From: Rhodanobacteraceae bacterium
GTDB lineage: Bacteria > Pseudomonadota > Gammaproteobacteria > Xanthomonadales > Rhodanobacteraceae
DNA: 26,815 nucleotides
Direction of reading: 5' to 3'
NCBI GenBank assembly: GCA_025928735.1
Contig: JAICIW010000001.1
Span: 1 to 26,815, forward strand
The notes beneath the pieces are model-generated. The model worked only from the letters and a program-made list of their open reading frames with translations, did not search any database and was not told the DNA's origin. Below, piece by piece: positions 17,294-26,815 of the stretch; the first letter of the stretch is position 1, and each line of letters opens with the position of its first letter. A program made the translations under genes and the position numbers.

Positions 17294-18412
17294 TTATTGC
17301 GGTGCTTGCACCGTGTCGCGTACCTTCACCGGACGGATACCGTCCATCACCAGCCCGTAACTCACGTGGGTGAAGGTGCGGAACACCATCACGTGACCCA
17401 CGAACTCGGCCGGCAGCTTGACCTTCGGCCCGAAGTCGCGACGGTCGGTATGCCCCGTCACCAAGTCGGGCACGGTATCGCCCGGCTGGTAGATCGCGAA
17501 GGTAGTGCCGTTGTCGACGCCGTCGTCGCTGCCGACGTTCAGCGCGACGACATCCATCGGGCCCTGCACCGAACTGCCGTCGTAGCCATTGGACAGCGCC
17601 ATGACGTAGGCATTGGCGGGCGCAGCCTGCGGCGGGTGCGGGTAGAAGGTGTAATCGTACGGCGTGTCGTTGACCGGCATCAGGCGATCGCCGGCGCGGA
17701 TTTCCATACTGGCGTTGGTGAGCAGCAAGGTTGCCGGATCGCCGTTCTTCAGCACCTCGGCGGTTCCGATCACGCGCACCTCGGTGCCGATTTCGTTGCC
17801 GCGACCGAAGTGACCGTCGTTGCGGAAATCTTCCTGCCACGGGCCGGGCACCAGGTCGACGTTGCTGTTGACCAGATGCGCGACCTCGTCGCCCCTGCCG
17901 CCGTCGCCGAATTCACGGAACACGTGGCTGGGACGCACCACCGCGAACCGCTGGCCGACGCTCGCCGCCGGCAGGTTGCGCACGTACAGGTTCATGCCCT
18001 CGGTGGCGCGCGGCGCGTTTTCTTCCACCGCCACCACGTAGGGCGTCCGGTTGAGTTCGGCCGCGGCAAGGACCCGATAGTCCTTGAGGAAGGGCTCGAT
18101 GGCCGACAGTGGAATGGTCGGGATCGGATTGGCCTCGACGCTGGCGCGCTTGGCCACGTGCAGGCCATTCACGTCCAGGTCCAGCACATCACCCGGGTAA
18201 ATGCGATGCGGGTTGTAGACCTGCTGGTTGACGTCCCAGATTTCCGGCCACAGCCACGGCTTCTGGAGGAAGCGCGCGGAAATGCTCCACAGCGTGTCGC
18301 CCTTCTTCACCACGTAGGTGTGCGGGTGATCGGCGCGCAGTCCGGCACCGGCTGCATAGGCGGCGAACGTGATCAGCAGGCCCGCGATAAGCGCAAGCAG
18401 TTTCTTAACCAT
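17294..18412 (-). CDS. tsaP: LysM peptidoglycan-binding exported protein, probable type IV pilus secretin-associated TsaP, 372 aa
   Basis: Signal peptide MVKKLLALIAGLLITFAAYA and LysM YVVKKGDTLWSISARFLQKPWLWPEIW...NPHRIYPGD. Position between def and dprA matches the known tsaP locus, so the symbol rests on synteny. Confidence 0.8.
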   Translation of the reverse strand: MVKKLLALIAGLLITFAAYAAGAGLRADHPHTYVVKKGDTLWSISARFLQKPWLWPEIWDVNQQVYNPHRIYPGDVLDLDVNGLHVAKRASVEANPIPTIPLSAIEPFLKDYRVLAAAELNRTPYVVAVEENAPRATEGMNLYVRNLPAASVGQRFAVVRPSHVFREFGDGGRGDEVAHLVNSNVDLVPGPWQEDFRNDGHFGRGNEIGTEVRVIGTAEVLKNGDPATLLLTNASMEIRAGDRLMPVNDTPYDYTFYPHPPQAAPANAYVMALSNGYDGSSVQGPMDVVALNVGSDDGVDNGTTFAIYQPGDTVPDLVTGHTDRRDFGPKVKLPAEFVGHVMVFRTFTHVSYGLVMDGIRPVKVRDTVQAPQ

Positions 18413-18449
18413 GACCGGCAATCCCCCGATCCCCCGCAAGTTTCGGCCG

Positions 18450-18477
18450 AGTGTACCCGAATGCTCGGCCGCGGCAA
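18450..18477 (-). promoter_or_regulatory. Candidate sigma70 promoter for tsaP (TTGCCG-N16-TACACT)
   Basis: -35 at 18477-18472 and -10 at 18455-18450, with an AT-rich tract upstream. An 8-bp inverted repeat cggccgag/ctcggccg (18444-18451, 18464-18471) overlaps it. Confidence 0.4.
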
Positions 18478-18615
18478 GCACATATTTCACATTTGGTGAT
18501 GGACTGAACACTGCGGGTCGACATTGGTCTCCTGCTACGCTATCCGGGGCGTGAAAATGGCCAGCGGCGGCCCCATTTCCCCATGCCGAAACCTGATTCC
18601 CGTGCTTTTTGAGCC

Positions 18616-19119
18616 ATGGCCAAACTCGACATCCTCGAATTTCCCGACCCGCGCCTGCGACTAGTCGCGCAACCGGTCGAAACCTTCGACGCCGACCTGA
18701 AGCGGCTCGCCGACGACATGCTGGCCACCATGTACGACGCGCCCGGCATCGGTCTGGCCGCGACCCAGGTCGACGTCCAGAAGCGCCTGCTGGTGCTGGA
18801 TATTTCCGAAACGCATGACGACCCGCAGGTGTTCATCAACCCCGAAATCCTGGAAAGCCGTGGCACCGAAGTGTGCCAGGAAGGGTGTCTGTCCTTTCCG
18901 GGCGTGTACGCCGACGTCGAGCGCAGGGACTGGATTCGCGTGAAGGCGCAAGATGTCACCGGCAAGGCATTCGAATTCGAAACCGACGGGCTGCTGGCGG
19001 TGTGCATCCAGCACGAGATGGATCATCTGGTCGGCAAGGTGTTCGTCGATTACCTGTCGCCGCTGAAACGCTCGTTGCTGCTGCGCAAGCTGGAGAAGCA
19101 GCGGCGCCACGCGGGCTGA
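18616..19119 (+). CDS. def: Peptide deformylase
   Basis: [14 protein letters not shown] and QHEMDHL motifs. Confidence 0.97.
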   Translation: MAKLDILEFPDPRLRLVAQPVETFDADLKRLADDMLATMYDAPGIGLAATQVDVQKRLLVLDISETHDDPQVFINPEILESRGTEVCQEGCLSFPGVYADVERRDWIRVKAQDVTGKAFEFETDGLLAVCIQHEMDHLVGKVFVDYLSPLKRSLLLRKLEKQRRHAG

Positions 19120-19126
19120 GCGGCCG

Positions 19127-20068
19127 GTGCAACGGCCGAAACTGGTATTCGCCGGCACACCGGACTTCGCGGTGCCGGGATTGCGTGCGTGCATCGAAGA
19201 GGGTGATGTCGTCGCGGTCTACACCCAACCCGACCGCCCGGCTGGCCGCGGCCGCAAGCTGACGCCCAGCCCGATCAAGCAGGCGGCATTGACCACGGAC
19301 ATTCCCGTCGAGCAACCGGAATCGCTGAAGTCAGCGGAAGCTCGACAGCGTCTGCGCCACTACGCGCCCGACCTGATGGTGGTGATCGCCTACGGCTTGA
19401 TCCTGCCGCGCAGGGTGCTGGCAATTCCGCGCCTCGGCTGCTGGAACGTGCACGCCTCGCTGCTGCCGCGCTGGCGTGGCGCCGCACCCATCCAGCGCGC
19501 GATCCTGGCGGGCGATGCCGAAACCGGCGTGTGCCTGATGCAGATGGACGCGGGACTCGACACCGGCCCGGTGTTGCTGTCGGAATCGACGCCGATCGAC
19601 GCCGCCGACACCGGCGGTTCCCTGCACGACCGGCTGGCGGACATCGGTGCGCACGTACTGGCGGATGGCTTGCGGCGCGTCATCATGGGTGAGGTTCTGC
19701 GCGCAACGCCGCAGCCTGAAACCGGTGCGACCTACGCCAACAAACTCGACAAGGCCGAGGCGAAGCTGGACTTCGCGCGACCCGCAATCGAACTTGAACG
19801 CAACGTGCGCGCGTTCGACCCGTGGCCAGTGGCGGAAGCGGTGGTGGCGGGCGAGCGTGTGCGGGTTTGGCAAGCTGAAGCAAGGGACCGTGGTCCAGGG
19901 GTCGAGGATGGGACGAAACCGGGAGCGATTGTCGCGGCTTCGAAACACGGCATCGACGTCGCCTGCGGCGAGGGCGTGTTGCGCATCCTGAAGCTGCAAC
20001 GCGCCGGCGGCCGGGTAATCGACGCGGCGGATTATCTGAACGCACGCGCCGGGTTGCGCACCGCATGA
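19127..20068 (+). CDS. fmt: Methionyl-tRNA formyltransferase
   Basis: [21 protein letters not shown] and [23 protein letters not shown] start. Confidence 0.96.
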   Translation: MQRPKLVFAGTPDFAVPGLRACIEEGDVVAVYTQPDRPAGRGRKLTPSPIKQAALTTDIPVEQPESLKSAEARQRLRHYAPDLMVVIAYGLILPRRVLAIPRLGCWNVHASLLPRWRGAAPIQRAILAGDAETGVCLMQMDAGLDTGPVLLSESTPIDAADTGGSLHDRLADIGAHVLADGLRRVIMGEVLRATPQPETGATYANKLDKAEAKLDFARPAIELERNVRAFDPWPVAEAVVAGERVRVWQAEARDRGPGVEDGTKPGAIVAASKHGIDVACGEGVLRILKLQRAGGRVIDAADYLNARAGLRTA

Positions 20069-21360
20069 CCGATACCCGTGCACTGGCGGCCCAAGTGCTG
20101 GCGGACGTCGCGCTGCGTGGTGCATCGCTGCGCGAGCACCTGCAGCCGGCACAATCGAAGCTGGTCGATGCACGCGACCGCGCATTCCTGACCGCGCTGT
20201 GCAACGAAGGCGCGCGCTGGTGGCTGCGCTTCGACAAGGCGCTGGATGGGCTGTTGCAGCAGCCGCTGCGCAAACGCGAACCCACACTGCACGCCTTGCT
20301 GGTACTGGGGCTGGTGCAACTCGAAGTCCTGCACCTGCCGCCGCACGCGGCGGTGGCGGCGACGGTGGAAGCGACGCGTGCGTTGCAGCGCGGTGGTTTC
20401 TCGAAACTCGTCAACGCGGTGCTGCGGCGCTGGCTGCGCGAGCGCGAAGGGTTGAATGCAATACTCGATCGCGAGCAGTCGACACGCTTCGCGCATCCGC
20501 GCTGGATGGTGGAGGCACTCGCGCACGATTGGCCGGACCACGTCGACGACATCCTCGCCAAAAACAACCAGCCTTCGCCGCCGATGCTGCGGGTCAATTC
20601 CCGCCGCGCGACACGTGAAGCGGCGGTGCTGGAACTCGCCGAAGCCGGCATTCTCGCCAAGTCGCACGCATGGCTGCGCGACGCCTTGCAACTCGATGGG
20701 CACGCCGACATTGCACGCCTGCCGGGTTTCGCAAAAGGACATTTCTCCGTGCAGGATGGCGCCGCGCAATGCACGGCCAATCTCATGGATCTGCATGACG
20801 GCATGCGCGTTCTGGACGCCTGTGCCGCACCGGGCGGCAAGGCGTGCCACATGCTCGAGCACGCAGATTTGGAACTATTGGCGCTCGAGCGTGACCCCGC
20901 ACGCGCGAATTCCATCCGCTCCAATCTCGAACGCCTGCATCTGGCGTGCGAACTTCGAAACGGCGATGCCGGCAATCCGGGGGCATGGTGGGACAGAAAA
21001 CCGTTCGATCGCATCCTGCTGGACGCGCCGTGCTCGGCCACCGGCGTGATTCGCCGCCATCCCGACATCAAACTGCATCGACGCGCGAGCGATATCCCGC
21101 AACTCGCGCGCGAACAGGCGCGCCTGCTGGAAGCATTGTGGCCGCTGCTGGCGCGACATGGACGACTCGTGTATGCAACGTGCTCGGTGCTGCACGAGGA
21201 AAACGAACGTGTCGTCGCCGGGTTTCTCGATGCGCACCCGGACGCGCAGCCCGAACGGTGCGATTTGCCCGTCGGGCGCGCGGCCGGCGCGGGCTGGCAG
21301 ATCCTGCCAGGCGAAGGCGGGCTCGATGGCATGTATTACGCTGTGATCGCGAAGGCATAA
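20065..21360 (+). CDS. rsmB: 16S rRNA m5C967 methyltransferase
   Basis: NusB-like N-terminus, [21 protein letters not shown] and VYATCS. ATGA overlap with fmt. Confidence 0.96.
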   Translation: MTDTRALAAQVLADVALRGASLREHLQPAQSKLVDARDRAFLTALCNEGARWWLRFDKALDGLLQQPLRKREPTLHALLVLGLVQLEVLHLPPHAAVAATVEATRALQRGGFSKLVNAVLRRWLREREGLNAILDREQSTRFAHPRWMVEALAHDWPDHVDDILAKNNQPSPPMLRVNSRRATREAAVLELAEAGILAKSHAWLRDALQLDGHADIARLPGFAKGHFSVQDGAAQCTANLMDLHDGMRVLDACAAPGGKACHMLEHADLELLALERDPARANSIRSNLERLHLACELRNGDAGNPGAWWDRKPFDRILLDAPCSATGVIRRHPDIKLHRRASDIPQLAREQARLLEALWPLLARHGRLVYATCSVLHEENERVVAGFLDAHPDAQPERCDLPVGRAAGAGWQILPGEGGLDGMYYAVIAKA

Positions 21361-21364
21361 TTCG

Positions 21365-21473
21365 TGCGATCGTCCCTGATCGCCGTACCATCCCGTCCAT
21401 TTCGAAGCCGAGCTCATCGCTCTTGGGAAGATCAGAACGGACCTCCGTGGCCTGACTTTTCACGACAGCCGCT
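21365..21473 (+). repeat. ~110-bp intergenic element, copy B (begins 4 nt after the rsmB stop)
   Basis: 109 nt versus 110 nt for copy A, with matching ends and a divergent middle. Hairpin gcgatc-gtccct-gatcgc. Confidence 0.7.
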
Positions 21474-21500
21474 GTGAACCGATCGGTAATGGATCACACG

Positions 21501-21506
21501 TACAAT
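21501..21506 (+). promoter_or_regulatory. Candidate -10 (TACAAT) for the glycosyltransferase operon
   Basis: Near-consensus hexamer 17 nt before ATG 21524. No convincing -35. Confidence 0.35.
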
Positions 21507-21523
21507 CGCGGCAACTTCGCGCC

Positions 21524-23284
21524 ATGACGACCATGCCGCCTGCCCACAACTCCCGCCGCTGGTTCGAAGACGAACGCGTGCAGCTTGTGTTGCTGTTCGT
21601 GTTCGCGCTGTTGTTGCTGGGTCTCGGCATCGGCCTGCGCGATCCATGGCCGTCGGACGAGCCGCGCTTCGCGCTGGTTGCGCGCGAAATGCTGGCCAGC
21701 GGGCAGTGGCTGTTTCCGCATCGCGGTGTGGAGCTTTATTCCGACAAGCCACCGATGTTCATGTGGCTGGAAGCCTGCGCGTACGCGATCACCGGCGGCT
21801 GGCGCGGCTGGTTCCTGCTGCCTTCGTTGCTTGCCGGACTCGGCAGCATTGCGCTGGTGTACGACTTCGTGCGTCGGCAATGGAATCATCGCGCCGGATT
21901 GCTTGCCGCCGCCGCGGTACTCGTCAGCTTCGATTTCACGTTCCAGATGCGCGGCGCCCAGATCGACGGCGTGGAAACGTTCTGGATCACGCTGGCAATG
22001 TACGGCTTGTTGCGGCACTTGCTGCTCGGTCCCGCGTGGCGCTGGTACGCGCTGGGTTTTCTTGCAGCCGGCCTCGGCGTCATCACCAAGGGCGTCGGCG
22101 TGATCGCGCTGCTGGTGTTCGTGCCATTCTGGTTCGTGCGCTGGCGCGGCTGGAATGGCGCGCTGCCGACGCAGGGCTGGAATGCGCGCTGGTGGCTCGC
22201 GCTGCTGTTCCTGGTTCCGATCCTGGGTTGGGCGTTGCCGATGCTGTGGTCGGCGCTGCACGTGCACGCGGGCGATCCGGCTTACGCGCGCTACGCGCAC
22301 GACATCCTGCTCGGCCAGACTGTGTCCCGCTACGCCGAACCCGCGCATCACATCCACCCGTGGTGGTTTTACCTGTCGGTGATCGCGTTCGAATGGCTGC
22401 CGCTGTCGCTGGCGATTCCTTGGGCGATCCCCGGCTGGTCGCGCGCGCTGCGCGCGAAAGATGCACGCACGCTGCTGCCGCTCGCTTGGGTGGTGCTGGT
22501 GGTGATCTTCTTTTCGTTGAGCGGCGGCAAGCGCGACGTATACATCCTGCCCGCGCTGCCGGTCACCGCGATCGCGCTCGCGCCACTGTTGCCCGATGTC
22601 CTCCGGCGCGCGTCGTTTCGCTGGGCGTTGTGGGCGCTGACGTTGGCCTTGGCGCTGGTGCTGTTGATCGCCGGATTGGGCATGCATACCGGCCATCTGC
22701 ACAAGCTTGTAACGTTGGCGTCCTCGGCGCTGGACGGTTCACCGCAACCGCTCACCGCCATGATTCTTGGTATCGGCAGCGCGGGCGTGCTGATCGCCCT
22801 GATCGGACGGCCGCGGCATGCGCCGTGGGGCTGGTGTGCGTTCGCATTGGTGGCATGGGGCTCCTGGGGCCTGGTTGCCTACCCATTGCTCAACGGCTAT
22901 TCGTCGTCGCGCGCGGTGATGGCGCGCACCGCCAGCCTCGTGCCTGCGGGCGATACGATCGGACTGGTGGCCTGGAAGGAACAGAATCTGCTGATGCTGG
23001 ACATGCTCGACCGCAAGACAGCCAACTTCGGTTTCAAGCTGGCTTGGCATGAACAGTTGCGACAAGCGCTCGCGTGGCAGGCCGCCGATCCTGCGCACCG
23101 CTGGATTTTCGCGTACGGCAATACACTGACGCCGTGCGTGCGCGAAGCGGATGCCATCCACGTCGGCCACGCCAATCGCCGCGAGTGGTATCTCTTCAAC
23201 CGTCGTGCTGTGGTTCCGGGCTGCATCCCACCGAAGGCCGACGATGCGGGACAATTCGGCGCGTATGAACCCGACGACGACTGA
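21524..23284 (+). CDS. ArnT/PMT_2-like GT-C integral membrane glycosyltransferase
   Basis: PSDEPRFALVAREM, YSDKPPMF, VITKG, HIHPWWFY and KRDVYILP motifs. Many TM segments and a soluble C-terminal domain. Confidence 0.88.
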   Translation: MTTMPPAHNSRRWFEDERVQLVLLFVFALLLLGLGIGLRDPWPSDEPRFALVAREMLASGQWLFPHRGVELYSDKPPMFMWLEACAYAITGGWRGWFLLPSLLAGLGSIALVYDFVRRQWNHRAGLLAAAAVLVSFDFTFQMRGAQIDGVETFWITLAMYGLLRHLLLGPAWRWYALGFLAAGLGVITKGVGVIALLVFVPFWFVRWRGWNGALPTQGWNARWWLALLFLVPILGWALPMLWSALHVHAGDPAYARYAHDILLGQTVSRYAEPAHHIHPWWFYLSVIAFEWLPLSLAIPWAIPGWSRALRAKDARTLLPLAWVVLVVIFFSLSGGKRDVYILPALPVTAIALAPLLPDVLRRASFRWALWALTLALALVLLIAGLGMHTGHLHKLVTLASSALDGSPQPLTAMILGIGSAGVLIALIGRPRHAPWGWCAFALVAWGSWGLVAYPLLNGYSSSRAVMARTASLVPAGDTIGLVAWKEQNLLMLDMLDRKTANFGFKLAWHEQLRQALAWQAADPAHRWIFAYGNTLTPCVREADAIHVGHANRREWYLFNRRAVVPGCIPPKADDAGQFGAYEPDDD

Positions 23285-24290
23285 TGCCGGTTCCGTACAT
23301 CTGCTCGGCTTCGACAATGGCGTCGGGCTGTCGCGCGACCTGCGCCTGCTCGCCGAAACCCTGCGCGCACGCGGCTACCGCGTGCAGCTCACCGACACCC
23401 GCCGACGCGGCGGGCTGCCGGGTTTGATCCAGCGCACGCGAGGCAAATGGCACGCGGCACGGCTCGCGAGCAGGCAGCGCCATGGCCGGTCCCCGCCGTT
23501 CGATTTCGTGCTGATGGAAGAACACATCGCGCCGGCCTTCCTGGACGATGCACCGCGCCGCGTATTGCTGCCGCACCCGGAATGGTTTTTGCCGCGCGAC
23601 ATGGAGCTGCTGCATCGCATCGACCTCGTGCTCGCGAAAACGCGGGAAGCGCAACGCATCTTTGCCGACAGAGGTTGTCGCGCCCTCTGCATCGGCTTCA
23701 CCAGCGAGGATCGGCACGACGCATCGGTGCCGCGGGAACGCGCGTTTTTCCATCTGGCGGGCTCAAGCCGCACCAAAAACACCGGGCCGCTGCTGGCGTT
23801 GTGGCGTCGGCACCCCGAATGGCCGCGATTGACCGCGGTGCAGCACCCGAAGGAAGCGAACGGCGGAGCGCCGGCGGCGAACATCGAGCACCGCATCGGC
23901 TACCTCGATGATGCGGAACTGAAACGCTTGCAGAACGCGCATCGCTTCCACCTGTGCCCGTCGGCCACCGAAGGCTTCGGTCATTACATCGTCGAGGCGA
24001 TGAGTGTCGGCGCGGTCGTGATCACGCTGGACGCCCCGCCGATGAACGAGATGATCACGCCCGACCGCGGGTTACTGGTGCCATGGTCCCACAGCCGCAC
24101 CCAGCACCTCGCTACCACGTTTCACTTCGAAGACGCGGCGATGGAACGGGCGATCGAACACGCGCTCGCCATGGATGATGCACGCTGCGATGCCGTGGGT
24201 GCCGCCTCCCGCGCGTGGTACGAAGCCGAGCGCGCGGCGTTGCCGGACCGATTGGATGCCGCGCTGCGCGGCATGCTGGCGCATACATGA
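23265..24290 (+). CDS. GT-B (GT4-like) glycosyltransferase, paralog 1, 341 aa
   Basis: EGFGHYIVE (EX7E) and TLDAPPMNE. Start chosen at ATG 23265, overlapping the upstream gene's end. Confidence 0.82.
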   Translation: MNPTTTDAGSVHLLGFDNGVGLSRDLRLLAETLRARGYRVQLTDTRRRGGLPGLIQRTRGKWHAARLASRQRHGRSPPFDFVLMEEHIAPAFLDDAPRRVLLPHPEWFLPRDMELLHRIDLVLAKTREAQRIFADRGCRALCIGFTSEDRHDASVPRERAFFHLAGSSRTKNTGPLLALWRRHPEWPRLTAVQHPKEANGGAPAANIEHRIGYLDDAELKRLQNAHRFHLCPSATEGFGHYIVEAMSVGAVVITLDAPPMNEMITPDRGLLVPWSHSRTQHLATTFHFEDAAMERAIEHALAMDDARCDAVGAASRAWYEAERAALPDRLDAALRGMLAHT

Positions 24291-25276
24291 TCCGGGTCAA
24301 CCTGATTGCGCGCGACAACGGCTTCGGGCTCAGCCGCAATCTGCACCTGCTGCACGACGCGCTGGCTGCCGCGGGTTTCGACGTCACCCTCAGCGGCATC
24401 CGCCGCGGCGCGCTGCGCAAGGTTGTGCACCCCGTGCGACTGCGCGCCCAAACGCTCGCGCGCCGGGTCGCCGGCCGCGGCGCGCAACGCTGGGACGTCA
24501 ACCTGATGCTGGAACGCGTGCGACCCGAATACCTCGCCACCGCGCATCGCAACGTGCTGCTGCCGCATCCGGAATGGTTCGACGAACGCGACCGCCAATG
24601 GCTGTCGTGCCTCGATCGCGCGTTCGTGCTGACGCGCCATGCCATTCCGATTTTCGAGTTACTCGGTTTGAAGACCGAATACACCGGATTCACCAGCGAG
24701 GATCGCCGCGATCCGTCGGTGCCCCGCGAACGCGCGTTCTTTCATCTTGCCGGACGCAGCGCCAACAAGGGCACGGACACGCTGCTCGCGACGTGGCGCA
24801 AGCATCCCGAATGGCCACGCCTCACCATGCTGCAGAGTCCGCGCGCCGCGCGCGAAGTCGTGCACGCGCCGAACATCGTGCACCGGGTTGATTACATTCT
24901 TGACGACGAACTGAAGCGCATCCAGAACGCGCACCGCTTCCATCTCTGTCCGTCCGAAACCGAGGGCTTCGGCCACTACCTCGTGGAAGCGATGGGCGTG
25001 GGCGCGGTAGTCGTGACGCTGGACGCGCCGCCGATGAATGAAATGGTGACGCGCGAACGCGGCGCACTGATCATGCCTTCGCGGACCGGCACGCAGAGCC
25101 TCGCCACCACGTACTTCTACGACGAAGCCGCGCTGGAGCGCGCCGTCGAACGCCTGCTGGCAACGTCCGAGGTTGAACTCGAACGCATGGGCACGGCCGC
25201 GCGAGCCTGGTTCGAGGACAACGACCAGGCCTTCCGAACGCGGATCGCTGAAGCCGTTCGCGCGCTCGTCACCTGA
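24287..25276 (+). CDS. GT-B (GT4-like) glycosyltransferase, paralog 2, 329 aa
   Basis: EGFGHYLVE (EX7E). ATGA overlap with paralog 1 and clear colinear similarity to it. Confidence 0.85.
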   Translation: MIRVNLIARDNGFGLSRNLHLLHDALAAAGFDVTLSGIRRGALRKVVHPVRLRAQTLARRVAGRGAQRWDVNLMLERVRPEYLATAHRNVLLPHPEWFDERDRQWLSCLDRAFVLTRHAIPIFELLGLKTEYTGFTSEDRRDPSVPRERAFFHLAGRSANKGTDTLLATWRKHPEWPRLTMLQSPRAAREVVHAPNIVHRVDYILDDELKRIQNAHRFHLCPSETEGFGHYLVEAMGVGAVVVTLDAPPMNEMVTRERGALIMPSRTGTQSLATTYFYDEAALERAVERLLATSEVELERMGTAARAWFEDNDQAFRTRIAEAVRALVT

Positions 25277-25277
25277 A

Positions 25278-26815
<1,538 letters not shown>

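Noticed and set aside
18486-18494. AAATGTGA (minus strand) as a CRP/Clp site between tsaP and def
   Set aside because: Only one half-site is present. The second half (TCACA) is absent at the required spacing.
18546-18570. ggcgtgaaaatggccagcgg resembling the end of the ~110-bp element
   Set aside because: Only about 8 contiguous matching bases, so not supportable.
19883-19917. Degenerate 7-bp periodicity (agggacc gtggtcc aggggtc...) in an fmt loop
   Set aside because: Too degenerate to distinguish from chance in G-rich coding sequence.

Overview
High-GC, gene-dense chromosomal window with a Xanthomonadales-like (probably Rhodanobacteraceae-like) gene order; the taxonomy is inferred from synteny only. 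From left to right: (i) a sulfite:quinone oxidoreductase-type soeA (5'-truncated), SLC13/TrkA-C permease, soeB, soeC cluster followed by a DUF481 outer-membrane barrel; (ii) a long minus-strand run of LysM/tsaP, dprA, topA, tsaC, an AMP-binding ligase, purD, an MFS-acyltransferase fusion and hemC; (iii) def-fmt-rsmB; (iv) a glycan locus with an ArnT-like GT-C enzyme and two tandem GT-B paralogs converging on rmd and gmd (GDP-D-rhamnose). I found no tRNA, rRNA, CRISPR array or transposase. The most unusual signals are two palindromic REP-like elements inserted in frame inside soeA, a sulfate-transporter-like permease splitting the soeABC operon, and a pair of ~110-bp related elements just after the tsaP and rsmB stop codons that bracket the divergent tsaP/def-fmt-rsmB block as inverted repeats.
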